Origin: an uncultured Bacillota bacterium
GTDB lineage: Bacteria > Bacillota_I > Bacilli_A > RFN20 > CAG-826
Length of the DNA stretch: 64,000 nucleotides
Direction: 5' to 3'
Assembly: GCA_949299565.1 (NCBI GenBank)
Contig: OX437086.1
Location: 949,644-1,013,643, forward strand
Position numbers and translations under genes: made by a program. This document shows, piece by piece, positions 63,236 to 64,000 of the stretch. The first letter of the stretch is position 1. Every line of letters starts with the position of its first letter. The notes under the pieces were generated by a model. The model searched no databases and was not told the origin of the DNA. It saw only the letters and a list, made by a program, of their open reading frames with translations.

Positions 63236-64000
63236 TTTTCTTCGGTTTTAGCCATTCGTGATAATGGCATTTTGGGTAATTTGTGCAACCTAAAAAGTCC
63301 ACTTTCTTCCCATGCTTGATAACGAGGTGCCCCGTTTTGCAATGCGGACAATCTTTCACATAGTCTTCTGGGCCGTAACTGCTTTTTGTATTTTTGTTCT
63401 CGTTGCCCTTGATATAAGTGCAAGAAGGATATCCGCTACAAGCGATAAATTTTCTTCCGCGGCGGTCTTGACGCTCAACTAACGGCTTCCCGCAAAGAGG
63501 ACAATTCTCGCCCGTATAAACGATCTCGGCTTTTTCCTTGCGGATGTAGTGGCAGCTTGGATAATTTGAGCACGCAATAAATTCTCCATAGGGGCCTTTC
63601 TTATAAACGAGAGGCGCTCCGCACTCTGGACAATTCTCGCCAACCTGGCGATCAGGCTCCTTCTCCATCTTTTTCTCAACTTCCTGATATTTTTCGATGA
63701 AGGGATAATAGAAGGAACGCATCGCTTCTAAGCGCGTCTCTTTCCCTTCTTCAATTCGGTCTAATTGATTTTCCATGTTCGCGGTATATTCGCTAGAAAC
63801 GATTTCAGGGAAATACTTCACAAGGGTCGCGGTCGTCTTAAGTCCCGATTCTGTCGGAGTCAAAACTCCCCCTTTTGAAGTGACGTAGCCACGTGAAAGA
63901 AGCGTCTTGATTGTTGAAGCGTAAGTTGATGGACGTCCAATTCCTTTTTCTTCCATCATTTTGACGACTTTAGCTTCTGTAAAACGCGCGGGCGCTTTCG
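63222..64000 (-). CDS. topA: DNA topoisomerase I, C-terminal part (start lies outside the window)
   Basis: GIGRPSTYA and three C4 zinc ribbons; the frame continues to the window end. Confidence 0.95.
   Translation of the reverse strand, partial: KAPARFTEAKVVKMMEEKGIGRPSTYASTIKTLLSRGYVTSKGGVLTPTESGLKTTATLVKYFPEIVSSEYTANMENQLDRIEEGKETRLEAMRSFYYPFIEKYQEVEKKMEKEPDRQVGENCPECGAPLVYKKGPYGEFIACSNYPSCHYIRKEKAEIVYTGENCPLCGKPLVERQDRRGRKFIACSGYPSCTYIKGNENKNTKSSYGPEDYVKDCPHCKTGHLVIKHGKKVDFLGCTNYPKCHYHEWLKPKKNADD

Noticed and set aside
140-63679. Numerous 60-140 aa ORFs antisense or out of frame to long genes
   Set aside because: Fully nested in well-supported CDSs with no motifs or RBS; treated as spurious.

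Overview
Compact chromosomal segment from a genome-reduced member of the Bacilli using the standard genetic code (TGA is a stop). An uncultured gut/rumen lineage such as RFN20/RF39 is plausible but is inference only. Most genes are on the minus strand. The right end is the conserved topA-trmFO-xerC-rpsB-tsf-pyrH-frr-uppS-cdsA-dxr-rseP-polC block. The left end carries UDP-L-FucNAc (fnlABC) and glycosyltransferase genes, gltX and a pgpA-cdaA-glmM-glmS operon. The middle is accessory: a MarR-regulated heterodimeric ABC exporter, a P-type ATPase under a Mn2+ riboswitch, GT-C glycosyltransferases, GH31 and GH3 hydrolases, a BspA-like lipoprotein, a native amine dehydrogenase homolog and a CPA2 antiporter paired with a PII-like protein. 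No CRISPR array, rRNA, transposase or prophage was seen. Four patterns stand out. (1) Eleven dispersed tRNA genes all have C34 or G34 anticodons and none has U34; three share an identical terminator stem. (2) About ten genes have a -10 box only 6-10 nt before an SD-less ATG (leaderless-type), alongside an S2 protein with unusual extensions. (3) The glmS ribozyme and cdaR are missing from their usual positions. (4) An intact Vat-like acetyltransferase sits in a decaying tRNA-anchored islet.
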